Below are positions 49,296 through 62,116 of a stretch of DNA of 64,000 bases, one piece after another. The notes under the pieces were generated by a model that saw only the letters and a program-made list of their open reading frames with translations, was not told where the DNA came from and did not search any database. Origin of the DNA: an uncultured Acidobacteriota bacterium (GTDB lineage Bacteria > Acidobacteriota > Thermoanaerobaculia > Multivoradales > UBA5704). The position numbers were made by a program, and so were the translations under genes. Every line of letters starts with the position of its first letter. Positions within the stretch are counted from its first letter, which is position 1. The stretch spans positions 896,001 through 960,000 of the forward strand of contig OY969474.1 of the NCBI GenBank assembly GCA_963700145.1. Reading direction: 5' to 3'.

Positions 49296-50057
49296 CTAGG
49301 AAGTGGCCGTGCCGGGCGGGAGGATCAGGCGCTGGAGCAGCAGGGTGTCGATGTCGAGGTTCGGGTTGGTCTGGCTGCAGTCGATGGCGCCGTTGCAGCA
49401 GTTCTCGGCGTACTGCCAGAGGAGGATGTCGCAGGGCAGGGGGACGCTGGGGGCGACGATCGTCTCGTCCCAGTCGGCCATGGTGCAGCTGCCGGAGTAG
49501 TACCGCGCGACCCAGGCGCCTTGGCAGGCGATGCCCTGGCCGGCGGCCTGGCTCAAGACGTCCCAGGTCGCGTTGTCACCCTGCCGGGCGTAGGCGCAGG
49601 GGAGGACCTCGACGCGGCCGCCGGAGGCGGCGCGGCTGTGCTCGCCGAGGGTCTGCGCCCAGCCCGTCCAGTAGTCGAGGCCCAGCGAGGGGCTTCCCGA
49701 CGAGGGGGTGCCCTCGATGTCGAGGAACATCAGGAATTCGCTCCCGAGCGACGCCAGGTAGTCGGCGCCGAAGCTGTCGAAGAGGTCGTCGACGTTGCCC
49801 TGGGCATCGGACGTTCCCTGCGCCGTCGAGCCGGCGGTGTCCTTGGTCTGCCGGGCGACGGGCAGCAGGCGGATCCCGTACTGCGCCAACACCGGGTTCT
49901 CTTGCGCGTGCCGGTACTCGACGGTGCCGCTGGTCGTCGGGCTCGTGAAGTAGCGCCCCCACACCGCCGGCGTGCGGCCGAAGAGCGCGGCGGCCGACTG
50001 GACCATGCTGGCGGTGACGGGAGAGGAGCTGTCGGCTCCGGGGAGGCCTTGCGCCAT
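49296..50057 (-). CDS. DUF1906/GH25-like glycoside hydrolase (putative peptidoglycan hydrolase)
   Basis: GADS, WGRY, FLDIE, WVARY, WQY, IDCS, a TIM-barrel GH25-like pattern. Confidence 0.75.
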   Translation of the reverse strand: MAQGLPGADSSSPVTASMVQSAAALFGRTPAVWGRYFTSPTTSGTVEYRHAQENPVLAQYGIRLLPVARQTKDTAGSTAQGTSDAQGNVDDLFDSFGADYLASLGSEFLMFLDIEGTPSSGSPSLGLDYWTGWAQTLGEHSRAASGGRVEVLPCAYARQGDNATWDVLSQAAGQGIACQGAWVARYYSGSCTMADWDETIVAPSVPLPCDILLWQYAENCCNGAIDCSQTNPNLDIDTLLLQRLILPPGTATS

Positions 50058-50220
50058 GAGCGCGGCGAATTATGGCACGCGGGGCAGGATACGAGGTGGA
50101 GATTGAGGCGGTAGGCTGGCGATCCAGGCCCTTTGACGGGCGGTAGGGCTTCTTGGGCCGGCGATCCGCTGGTTCTGCCGGCGACTGCATGGCTTCGCGC
50201 AGCGAGCCTACTGCTCGCCT

Positions 50221-50450
50221 GGTGAATGGACGAATTCTTCGGACGAATGGGCCAGGTACGCGGACGAATGGAATCGGTACGCCGCGTACCTGGCCCATTC
50301 GCCGCCAAACTGGCCCATTCGTCGGCCTACCTAGCCCATTCGCCGCCGTACCCAGCCCAATCGTCGCCGTACCTGTACCATCGCTGCCGTACCTGTCCCA
50401 TTCGTCGCTGTACCTGGCCCAATCGCCCATCCATCTGCGCCATTCGCTGG
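50221..50450. repeat. ~21-bp repeat array with an internal orientation switch
   Basis: Consensus GCCGTACCTGGCCCATTCGYC; ~3 reverse units then ~8 forward units; perfect 20-bp IR at 50244-50263 / 50282-50301. Confidence 0.8.
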
Positions 50451-50594
50451 CCCAGACCCTGGCTGGATGCCGATATCTTGCCGACGTTCACGCCACAGAG
50501 CGCGAAAAGATCGGGCGAGAGCTACGACAAGCTGATGCGGCGCCTTTCCCACGTACGGGCGGCAGGTCCCTATTCGCGGGAATGAGAACGGACC

Positions 50595-54164
<3,570 letters not shown>

Positions 54165-54211
54165 GCCCGGTGTGCTCTGCCGGAAGATGGTATCACCCCG
54201 GAGGGCGGGCG

Positions 54212-54778
54212 CTACGTCGCGACGGTGTTTTTGGCTACGTCCGAACGGCTGTAGCGGCGCAGGTAATCGAGGCTGGAGAGGAGGGTGAAGGCGGCGACCG
54301 CGTAGATCATGGTCTCGGCGATCGGCGCGAGGTCGGGCCAGAGGTCGGAGCCCAGGATGAGGGCCACGGCGGCCACCTGGAGGACGGTCGTCACCTTGCT
54401 CAGCAGCGAGGGCGGGAAGCGCTTGATGTCCGAGGCCAGGTAGAAGATCAGCGCCACCGTCACCAGCAGGAAGTCGCGGGCGATGACCAGCACGGTCACC
54501 CAGATCGGGATCTTGACCGCCGTGGCCAGGCTGGGGATCGACAGCACCACCCAGGCCGAGACCAGCAGCAGCTTGTCGGCGATCGGGTCGAGGTAGGCGC
54601 CGAGGAGGGAGCGCTGGTTCCAGAAGCGGGCGATGAAGCCGTCGAGCGCGTCGGTCACGCCCGCCGCCACGAAGATCAGCAGCGCGCGCGCCACATGGCC
54701 GTCCAGCACCTCGATGATGAAGAGCGGCACCAGCGCCATCCGCACCAACGTCAGGACGTTGGGAATCGTCAGCTTCAT
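54212..54778 (-). CDS. CDP-alcohol phosphatidyltransferase (PgsA-like)
   Basis: TIPNVLTLVR, TDALDGFIAR...GAYLDPIADK. Confidence 0.92.
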   Translation of the reverse strand: MKLTIPNVLTLVRMALVPLFIIEVLDGHVARALLIFVAAGVTDALDGFIARFWNQRSLLGAYLDPIADKLLLVSAWVVLSIPSLATAVKIPIWVTVLVIARDFLLVTVALIFYLASDIKRFPPSLLSKVTTVLQVAAVALILGSDLWPDLAPIAETMIYAVAAFTLLSSLDYLRRYSRSDVAKNTVAT

Positions 54779-56172
54779 GCGCTCCCCAGGACGAGGAGGG
54801 CGCGGCGGATCAGCTCGACCGCCTCGGCGCCGGAGAGCGGCGCGCTGGCCCGGCACTCCGCGGCGGCGTCGTCGAGCAGCCCGCAGGCCGCCGCGCGATC
54901 GCAGAGCGCGGAGCCGGGCGGGTCGGCGCCCCCGGCGGCAACGCAGGGGGCTTGGCGCTCGAAGAGCCAGAGCGTGCGCCAGAGGGCGCGCAGCGCGGTG
55001 CCGCGAGTGACCCGGCTGTTCGGGAAGACCTTGTGCACGCGCGGATCGACGTCGAGGAGGCCGAGGTTCACCGCCCGCACCAGCTCCTCGCGCTGCGGGT
55101 GGCCGAGGACGTCGGTGGCGATGCGCCCCGACGCCGGGCGGGCGTGCCGCACCTCCGGCACCAGCCAGTAGAGGAGCACGGCGAGCTGGGCGCGGGTCAG
55201 CTCGGGCAGTGCGGCCGTCGCCTGCACTCCCGGAGGCAGCAGCGACAGCCGCCAGCGGAACTTGGCGGCGTCGAGCTTGGCGGCGAGCGCCGCGTCGCCC
55301 GGGTTGCGGCGCGCCAGCTCCTGCACGAGCTCCAGCCCCTTGCTCGGGTCGCCCACCTCCAGCTCGAGCTCCGCCCGCCGCTCGGCGAGCCGCCGGTCCT
55401 CGGGGCGGCGCGCGGCCAGCGGCTCGACCGCGGCGAGCTCGGCTTTCGGGTCGCGGCGCGCCACCGCCACCTGGCGCGCCGCCTCGAAGGTCAGCTCCTC
55501 GGCCGGCCCCCACTCGCGCAGGCGCGCCAGCTGCGCCTCGGCCCCGGCGACGTCGCCGGCGCGCAGCGCCTCCTCCACCCGGTTGGCGGTGATCTCGAGG
55601 GCGCGCGTGTGCAGTGCGCCGGTGCGCTCGAAGGCCGCCCGTACGCGCGGGGCGACGGCGCGGTAGGCTGCGTAGGCGACGGGCAGGTCGCCGAGCTTTT
55701 CGGCCGCCCGCCCGAGGAGGAGCTGCGCCGCGACGTAGGTCGGATGGCGGGCGGCGATCGGGGCCAGGCGCGACACCGCCTCACGGTGGCGGCCGCGCGC
55801 GAAGTCCACCTGGGCCAGCAGCACGTGCGCGGGAGCGAAGTCGGGGTCGGCCGCGAGAAGGTCGTTCGCGGTCTCCTCGACCCCTTCGACCATGCCGGCC
55901 GCGAGCAGGCTCTCGTGCGCCTGGCTCAGCAACCGCTGGGTCGCCGCATCGCCCGCGGAGGGGGCGCCGACGACCGGGTCGACCAGGAACTGCCGGTCCT
56001 GCGCCGGCAGGTCGAGCGGCCGCGGCACCGGGCGCGGGGGCGCCGGCGCCGGCTGGCCCGCGCACGCGGCGAGCAAGGCTGTGAGCAGGAGGAGCGCTGG
56101 CCCGGCTCGCCGGCCGGGACGGAGAGCCCTAGGAGCCCTGCGGGGGCGCCGCGGCAAGAGTCGCGATCGCAT
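54775..56172 (-). CDS. TPR lipoprotein with C-terminal SLH-like motifs
   Basis: Lipobox LLAAC; TPR helices; TDVLGHP...GLL...FPNSRVTRG; start uncertain. Confidence 0.7.
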   Translation of the reverse strand: MRSRLLPRRPRRAPRALRPGRRAGPALLLLTALLAACAGQPAPAPPRPVPRPLDLPAQDRQFLVDPVVGAPSAGDAATQRLLSQAHESLLAAGMVEGVEETANDLLAADPDFAPAHVLLAQVDFARGRHREAVSRLAPIAARHPTYVAAQLLLGRAAEKLGDLPVAYAAYRAVAPRVRAAFERTGALHTRALEITANRVEEALRAGDVAGAEAQLARLREWGPAEELTFEAARQVAVARRDPKAELAAVEPLAARRPEDRRLAERRAELELEVGDPSKGLELVQELARRNPGDAALAAKLDAAKFRWRLSLLPPGVQATAALPELTRAQLAVLLYWLVPEVRHARPASGRIATDVLGHPQREELVRAVNLGLLDVDPRVHKVFPNSRVTRGTALRALWRTLWLFERQAPCVAAGGADPPGSALCDRAAACGLLDDAAAECRASAPLSGAEAVELIRRALLVLGSA

Positions 56173-56347
56173 GCTTGTAGACGAGAACCTCTTTGCCGTC
56201 GCTCTCCAGCACCACGGCGAAACGGTCGAAGCGCTTCAACCGGCCGAGGAGACTACGGCCGGTGATCAGCTCAAGGTACATCGGCTGCCCTTCCTTGAGG
56301 CTCTGGAAGAGATAGCCGTCCTGGATGTTGATGTTGTGCTTAGGCAT
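56129..56347 (-). CDS. hfq: RNA chaperone Hfq
   Basis: NIQDGYL, FDRF, VYKHAI (Sm2); follows miaA. Confidence 0.9.
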   Translation of the reverse strand: MPKHNINIQDGYLFQSLKEGQPMYLELITGRSLLGRLKRFDRFAVVLESDGKEVLVYKHAIATLAAAPPQGS

Positions 56348-57284
56348 GGGCCCTCCCACGACCGCTGGACACGACGACAAGCTCGACGACTTCAGGGATC
56401 CGGGCGTCCGGATCCTGGGCCTCAAACCAGGTCACATCGGGCTCCTTGCGGAACCAGGTCTCCTGCCGCTTCGCGAAGCGGCGGGTCGCCTGGATCGTCT
56501 CGGCGACCGCCTGGTCGAGGGGCCACTCACCGAGCACGTGGCGGGCGAGCTGTCGGTACCCGATGGCTTGGAACGCGGTCTGCTCGGCTCCACCTCGCGC
56601 CAGCAACCCGGCCACCTCGTCCACCCAGCCCCGCTCCACCATCCGCAGGACGCGGTCTGCGATGCGACTGTATAGGACGGGTCGCGGCAGCGTCAATCCG
56701 ATTCGCGTCGCCGAAAGTCGTTCCTTTCCGAAGGGTTGGCGCGATATCCACGCCGCCAGCGGCGCGCCCGAAACGAGCGCCACTTCGAGGGCGCGGAGGA
56801 CGCGCTGCGTGTCGCCCGGCGCGAGGCGCGCGGCGGTCTCCGGGTCGCGCCGCGCCAGCTCGGCGGCGAGCGCCGGCAACCCTTCGTCGGCCAGCCGCTC
56901 GCGCAACGCGCGGCGCGTCGCCGGGTCGCCGGGCGGCACCGCGCTGATCCCCTCGATCAGCGCCCGCAGGTAGAGGCCGCTGCCGCCGACGACGATGGGC
57001 AGCCGGCCGCGGCCTTCGATCTCGGCGATCGCCGCCCGTGCCCGGCGCGCGAACTCCCCCGCCGACCAGCGCTCGTGCGGCTCGAGCAGGTCGAGCAGGT
57101 GGTGCGGCACCCGCCGCCGCTCCTCCGCGCTCGGCTTGGCGGTGCCGATGTCGAAGCCGCGGTAGACCTGGAGCGCGTCGGCGTTGAGGATCTCGCCGTC
57201 GAGCCGCTCGGCGAGCGCCAGGGCCAGCGCGCTCTTGCCGGTGGCGGTGGCACCGACGATGGCGACGAAGGGGCGGGAGGTCAT
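56340..57284 (-). CDS. miaA: tRNA dimethylallyltransferase
   Basis: GATATGKS, DALQVYRGFDIGTAKP, VGGSGLY, AIGY, FAKRQETWF. Confidence 0.97.
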   Translation of the reverse strand: MTSRPFVAIVGATATGKSALALALAERLDGEILNADALQVYRGFDIGTAKPSAEERRRVPHHLLDLLEPHERWSAGEFARRARAAIAEIEGRGRLPIVVGGSGLYLRALIEGISAVPPGDPATRRALRERLADEGLPALAAELARRDPETAARLAPGDTQRVLRALEVALVSGAPLAAWISRQPFGKERLSATRIGLTLPRPVLYSRIADRVLRMVERGWVDEVAGLLARGGAEQTAFQAIGYRQLARHVLGEWPLDQAVAETIQATRRFAKRQETWFRKEPDVTWFEAQDPDARIPEVVELVVVSSGRGRAHA

Positions 57285-57316
57285 AGGGATGGGCAGAGTA
57301 ATCGAAGAGGCCGCGC

Positions 57317-57346
57317 TGTCATCCCGAGCGAGAGCGAGGGATCTGG
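57317..57346 (+). repeat. REP-like arm downstream of comEC
   Basis: TGTCATCCCGAGCGAGAGCGAGGGATCTGG, exact reverse complement of 59783-59812. Confidence 0.9.
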
Positions 57347-57362
57347 GCGGGGGGCGGCGCGA

Positions 57363-59549
57363 CTACTCAGCGTTCCGCGGAAAGCCCGGCAGATCGATGC
57401 GCAATCGTCCCGCGCCTTCTACCCGCACCCGGATCATTCCGTGCCGGTCGGTGCGCAGCGTCGGGATCCGGCGCTCCGCGAGTCGCTCCAGCACCACGCT
57501 CGACGGGTGGTGGTAAGGGTTGTCGGGGCCGGCGGAGATGAGGGCAAGTCGCGGGCGGACGGCGTCGAGGAAGGCCTCGGTCGAGGAGGTGCGGCTGCCA
57601 TGGTGGGCGACCTTCAGCACGTCGGCGCGCAGGTGTTTACCGTGCCGCGCGAGGAGGCCGTGCTCGGCCCAGGCTTCGACATCGCCGGAGAGCAGCACGC
57701 GCGCCCCCTCCGCCTCGGCGAGCAGCACGAGCGAGCGGTCGTTGTCGCCGCGGCGCTCCCCCACCGGCGGGTGAAGCGCGGTGAGGCGCCAGCGGCCGAC
57801 CGTGCGCCGCTCGCCTGCCCAGAGGAGGCGGAGCGCGGCGCCGGGGACGGCGAGGAGGTCACCGGCGCAGCCGGCCGCCTCCCAGCCTTCGCCCATCCAG
57901 ACCTCGCGCACCGGGAGGTAGGCGGCGATATCCACTAGCCCTCGGCAATGATCGCGATCGGGATGAGTCATCACCACGGCATCCAACCGGCGGATGCCTT
58001 CGGCCGCGAGCGCCGGCAGGAGGACCCGGCCGCCAAGGTCGCCGCGCTCCCAGCCGCCGCCGTCCACGAGGACGGCACGGCGGCCATCGCGCAGCAGGAT
58101 CGCGTCCCCCTGGCCGACGTCGATGAGCGCCATTTCCGGAACGTCGTGGCCGGGGGACGAAGGGCGCGCCGAGACCGCCGCCACAGGCACCGAGAGCCAG
58201 ACGTCGGGCCGCACCTGCGCCGGCCAGCCGAACGGCGCGGCGAGGAGGTCGAGGGCCGGCAGCGCCGCCGCCGCGAGCGCGGGCGCGGCGAGCGCCAGCG
58301 CCGTCCAGAGGAGGGAACCAACGAGGGCGACGGCGGTCCAGGGAACGGCGGCGAGGTTGGCGAGCGGCGCGCCGAGCGTGAGCTGGTGGACGAGCGGCAG
58401 CGACCAGGGGAGCGAGGCGAGCTGCGCGGCGACGCTCGCGGCGAGAGGCACGCGCAAGAGGGCCGGCAGGAGCCGCCAGCGCGCGGCGAGGAGCGGCGCC
58501 AGCAGCAGGAGCCCGGCGGTGGCCGAGACGGTGAGCTGGAAGGAGGGGTCCGCGACGACCGCCGGCTTCTGGAGGACGAGAAGGACGACCGCCCAGCCGA
58601 GGGCGTTGGCCGGCGCCGGCGGCCGCTCGGCGAGCAGCGCGGCGACGGCGAGGAGCGCCATCACCGCCGAGCGCACGAGCGGCGCGAGCGGTCCGACGAG
58701 GAGCAGGTAGCCGGCGAGCGCCGGCAGGAGGAGCGCGAGGCGCGCCCGTCGCGGCAGCCAGGCGCCGGCCAGGAACACCGCGCCGGCCAGCAGCGCGAGG
58801 TGGAGCCCGGAGACCGAGAGGACGTGCGACACGCCCGCCACCCGCAGCCCCCGCTTCCACGCCAGCGGCACGGCCGAGGCGTCCCCGAGCACGAGAGCGC
58901 GGGCCAGCGCCTTGCCGCTGGTCTCGCGGCCGGCGGTGGCGAAGGCCCGCTCCGCGCGTTGCCGCACGCGCCCCGACAGCGCCGCCATCGCACCGGGTGG
59001 TGACTCCTCGCGCAGCAGGAGACGGCTCTTCAGGCGCAGCCGCCAGGGCCCAGGCGGCACGCGCGCCGCATTGGCGAAGCCGGGCGAGCGGCGGAGGTAG
59101 CCCTTGGCACGCAGCGTCGCGCCTAACGGCGGTGGCTCCTCGTCGTCCGGCAGATGCAAGACGAGGTCGAACGGAACGGCGGCGACCCGCTCACCCTGCC
59201 GCCAGTGCAACGCCCGAGCGGGCGCCGTCCACCCCTCGTCATCGCGCGCCCAGTGGCCGGCCACCCGCGCCACCAGCTCCACCGGCCGCCCGCGGTCGAG
59301 CCCCGCCGGCGCTCCTTCCGGCAGTCCCGCATCAACCGTCGCAACAGCGAGCCCGATCGCGAAGGCCGCCAAGCACCACCCGGCGCGCCGCCCGAAAGCA
59401 ACGCCGAGCGCCGCCAACGCCACGAGAAGCGGCACCGATACCCAAACGAGCCGGAAGGCGAGGTCAGCCCCCACCGCCAGCGCCGCCGCCGGCAGCAGCA
59501 TCGGCGCGTTGCGCAGGTCGAAACGTCCGGCAGGAACCAGTGGCTCCAC
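57363..59549 (-). CDS. comEC: DNA uptake protein ComEC/Rec2
   Basis: HVLSVSGLH, SFQLTVSA, DVGQGD, THPDRDH, LKVAHHGS, NPYHHP. Confidence 0.93.
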   Translation of the reverse strand: MEPLVPAGRFDLRNAPMLLPAAALAVGADLAFRLVWVSVPLLVALAALGVAFGRRAGWCLAAFAIGLAVATVDAGLPEGAPAGLDRGRPVELVARVAGHWARDDEGWTAPARALHWRQGERVAAVPFDLVLHLPDDEEPPPLGATLRAKGYLRRSPGFANAARVPPGPWRLRLKSRLLLREESPPGAMAALSGRVRQRAERAFATAGRETSGKALARALVLGDASAVPLAWKRGLRVAGVSHVLSVSGLHLALLAGAVFLAGAWLPRRARLALLLPALAGYLLLVGPLAPLVRSAVMALLAVAALLAERPPAPANALGWAVVLLVLQKPAVVADPSFQLTVSATAGLLLLAPLLAARWRLLPALLRVPLAASVAAQLASLPWSLPLVHQLTLGAPLANLAAVPWTAVALVGSLLWTALALAAPALAAAALPALDLLAAPFGWPAQVRPDVWLSVPVAAVSARPSSPGHDVPEMALIDVGQGDAILLRDGRRAVLVDGGGWERGDLGGRVLLPALAAEGIRRLDAVVMTHPDRDHCRGLVDIAAYLPVREVWMGEGWEAAGCAGDLLAVPGAALRLLWAGERRTVGRWRLTALHPPVGERRGDNDRSLVLLAEAEGARVLLSGDVEAWAEHGLLARHGKHLRADVLKVAHHGSRTSSTEAFLDAVRPRLALISAGPDNPYHHPSSVVLERLAERRIPTLRTDRHGMIRVRVEGAGRLRIDLPGFPRNAE

Positions 59550-59594
59550 ACCGGTAGAGACGGAAAAGCCCCGCTAGAACCTGGCAACAACGGA

Positions 59595-59758
59595 GGGTCG
59601 GGCCGGGTGCTCCCGGCCGGGGAGCTCTCCGCAAGCGCCGGCAACCCCCGCCGCAGTCCACCGCCGACCCGGCGCGCAGCGGAGCGCAGGCGCGCGCCCA
59701 CCCCCGGCATTCCACAAGGCGCGCGCCGGTCCCCGGGCGGGAGCACCCGGCCCGACCC
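59595..59758. repeat. 29-bp inverted repeat (1 mismatch) with a 106-bp loop
   Basis: GGGTCGGGCCGGGTGCTCCCGGCCGGGGA / TCCCCGGGCGGGAGCACCCGGCCCGACCC. Confidence 0.8.
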
Positions 59759-59782
59759 GGGCCCCGCGCCGATACCCCCCGT

Positions 59783-59812
59783 CCAGATCCCTCGCTCTCG
59801 CTCGGGATGACA
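59783..59812 (-). repeat. REP-like arm upstream of comEC
   Basis: CCAGATCCCTCGCTCTCGCTCGGGATGACA. Confidence 0.9.
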
Positions 59813-59827
59813 AGGGAGGGATGTTCG

Positions 59828-60492
59828 TCAGCCGCCCTGGGCTTCCGGCGAGAAGAGCGACAACACCGGCAGGCGCAGTCGCCTGCGGAGGAACTGGCGG
59901 CGGAGGCGATCGCGAGCGCTGGCGAGGTCTTCTGGAGGGAGCCGGGCGGCGAGGGTGGCGAGAGTCGAATCGACCGCCGCCTCCAGCTCCGCGCTCGCGT
60001 TCTCGTCGAGGCCGGCGGCGGCGGCTTGCAGCAGCTCGCGGTCGAGCTCGGAGAGAGCGGCCTCGACCTCCTCGGATTCCCCCTCCAGCCCGCGCAGGCG
60101 CGCTTCTAGCTCGTCGCGCCCGGCGATCCCCGCCGGCAGCGCCGCCGCCAGGGCAGTCAGACGCGGCGCCACCTCGAGCGGCTCGGCGTCCGTGCGCCGC
60201 CCGGGCGCGGTGAGCTGCTGCACCTCCTCCCAGGCCGCTTCGACCGCCGGCTTGCAGTAGCGGAGGCTGTTGATCCGGCCCTTCGCGCCGCGCTCGCGGC
60301 GGCGGGCGAAGACCTCCTCCAGCACGCGCTGCACCAGCGGCAGCGGCACCCCGTCGCGATGCCAGCGGCGGGCCACCTGCCAGTCGGCCGGCGACAGCAG
60401 CAGCGGCGCGCCGCGCAGCCGCACGAACGTCTCCTCGATGGCCTGGAAGTAGGCTTGATCGGCCTCGGCCTCGGTGTCCGCCTCGCCGTCGC

Positions 60493-60496
<4 letters not shown>
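59828..60496 (-). CDS. Hypothetical protein with a DnaD/DnaB_2-like N-terminal region
   Basis: LLSPADWQVARRW...GVPLPLV...INSLRYC...AW; GTG overlaps the coaX stop. Confidence 0.7.
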
Positions 60497-61310
<814 letters not shown>

Positions 61311-61314
<4 letters not shown>

Positions 61315-62105
61315 GGCTCCACCACCTCCCCCGCCGCCAGCGCCATCTCCTTGCCTCCCGTTTCGAGCCGCAGCCGTCCCAGCGCGTCGAAGCCGCGGAA
61401 GGTCCCCTCGACCTCGCCGTCGGCGGCGCGCAGGCGCAGGCGGTCGCCCGGCGCGTGCTCGCTCATCGCCCGGTAGCGCTCCACCGCCGCCGCGACGTCG
61501 CCGTAGTCCCCGAGCTCCGCGACCACGCCCTCGACCACCGCCCAGGTGAGGGCCGGCAGCGAGACCTCCGGCGCGCCTTCGAGCGCTAGCGAGGTGCCCA
61601 CCCCCGGCGGCAGGTCGTCGCGGCCGTGCGCGCGGTTGACGCCGAAGCCGATGATCGCCGTGGCCTCGTCGCTCCCCGCTCGCAGCCGGCTCTCGACCAG
61701 CACGCCGCCGAGCTTGCGGCCGCCGAAGCGCAGGTCGTTCGGCCACTTCAGGCGACAGGGTGCCGGAAGGAAGGGGCCGAGGGCGCGGCAGAGGCCGACG
61801 CCGGCCAGGAGCGGCAGCGTCGGCAGGGCCGCGACCGGCGCGACCCGGCGCACCAGCGTGGCGTAGACCCCCTTACCGCGCGGGCTCGCCCAGCTCCGCC
61901 CCTGCCGGCCGCGGCCCGCATTCTGCTCGAGGGCGACGATCAAAGCCTCCGGCACCCGCTCGTCCTCCTTCTCGTACTCGCCGGCGATGCGCTGGGCGAG
62001 CGAGTTGGTCGAGCCTACGCGCTCCAGGACGACGAGGTTGGGATCTCCGCCCGGGAGGGGCGGCCGCAGGGCCAGCAGCTCCTCCACGTAGCGGGCGAAG
62101 TCCAT
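61311..62105 (-). CDS. birA: Biotin-protein ligase (no N-terminal HTH)
   Basis: STNS, QNAGRGRQGRSW, LKWPND, KLGGVLVE. Confidence 0.92.
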
Positions 62106-62116
62106 GACCAGACCGG

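Noticed and set aside
50468-50585. Possible antitoxin remnant (SYDKLMRRLSHVRAAGPYSRE)
   Set aside because: Too short, with no start or partner toxin; cannot be supported without a search.
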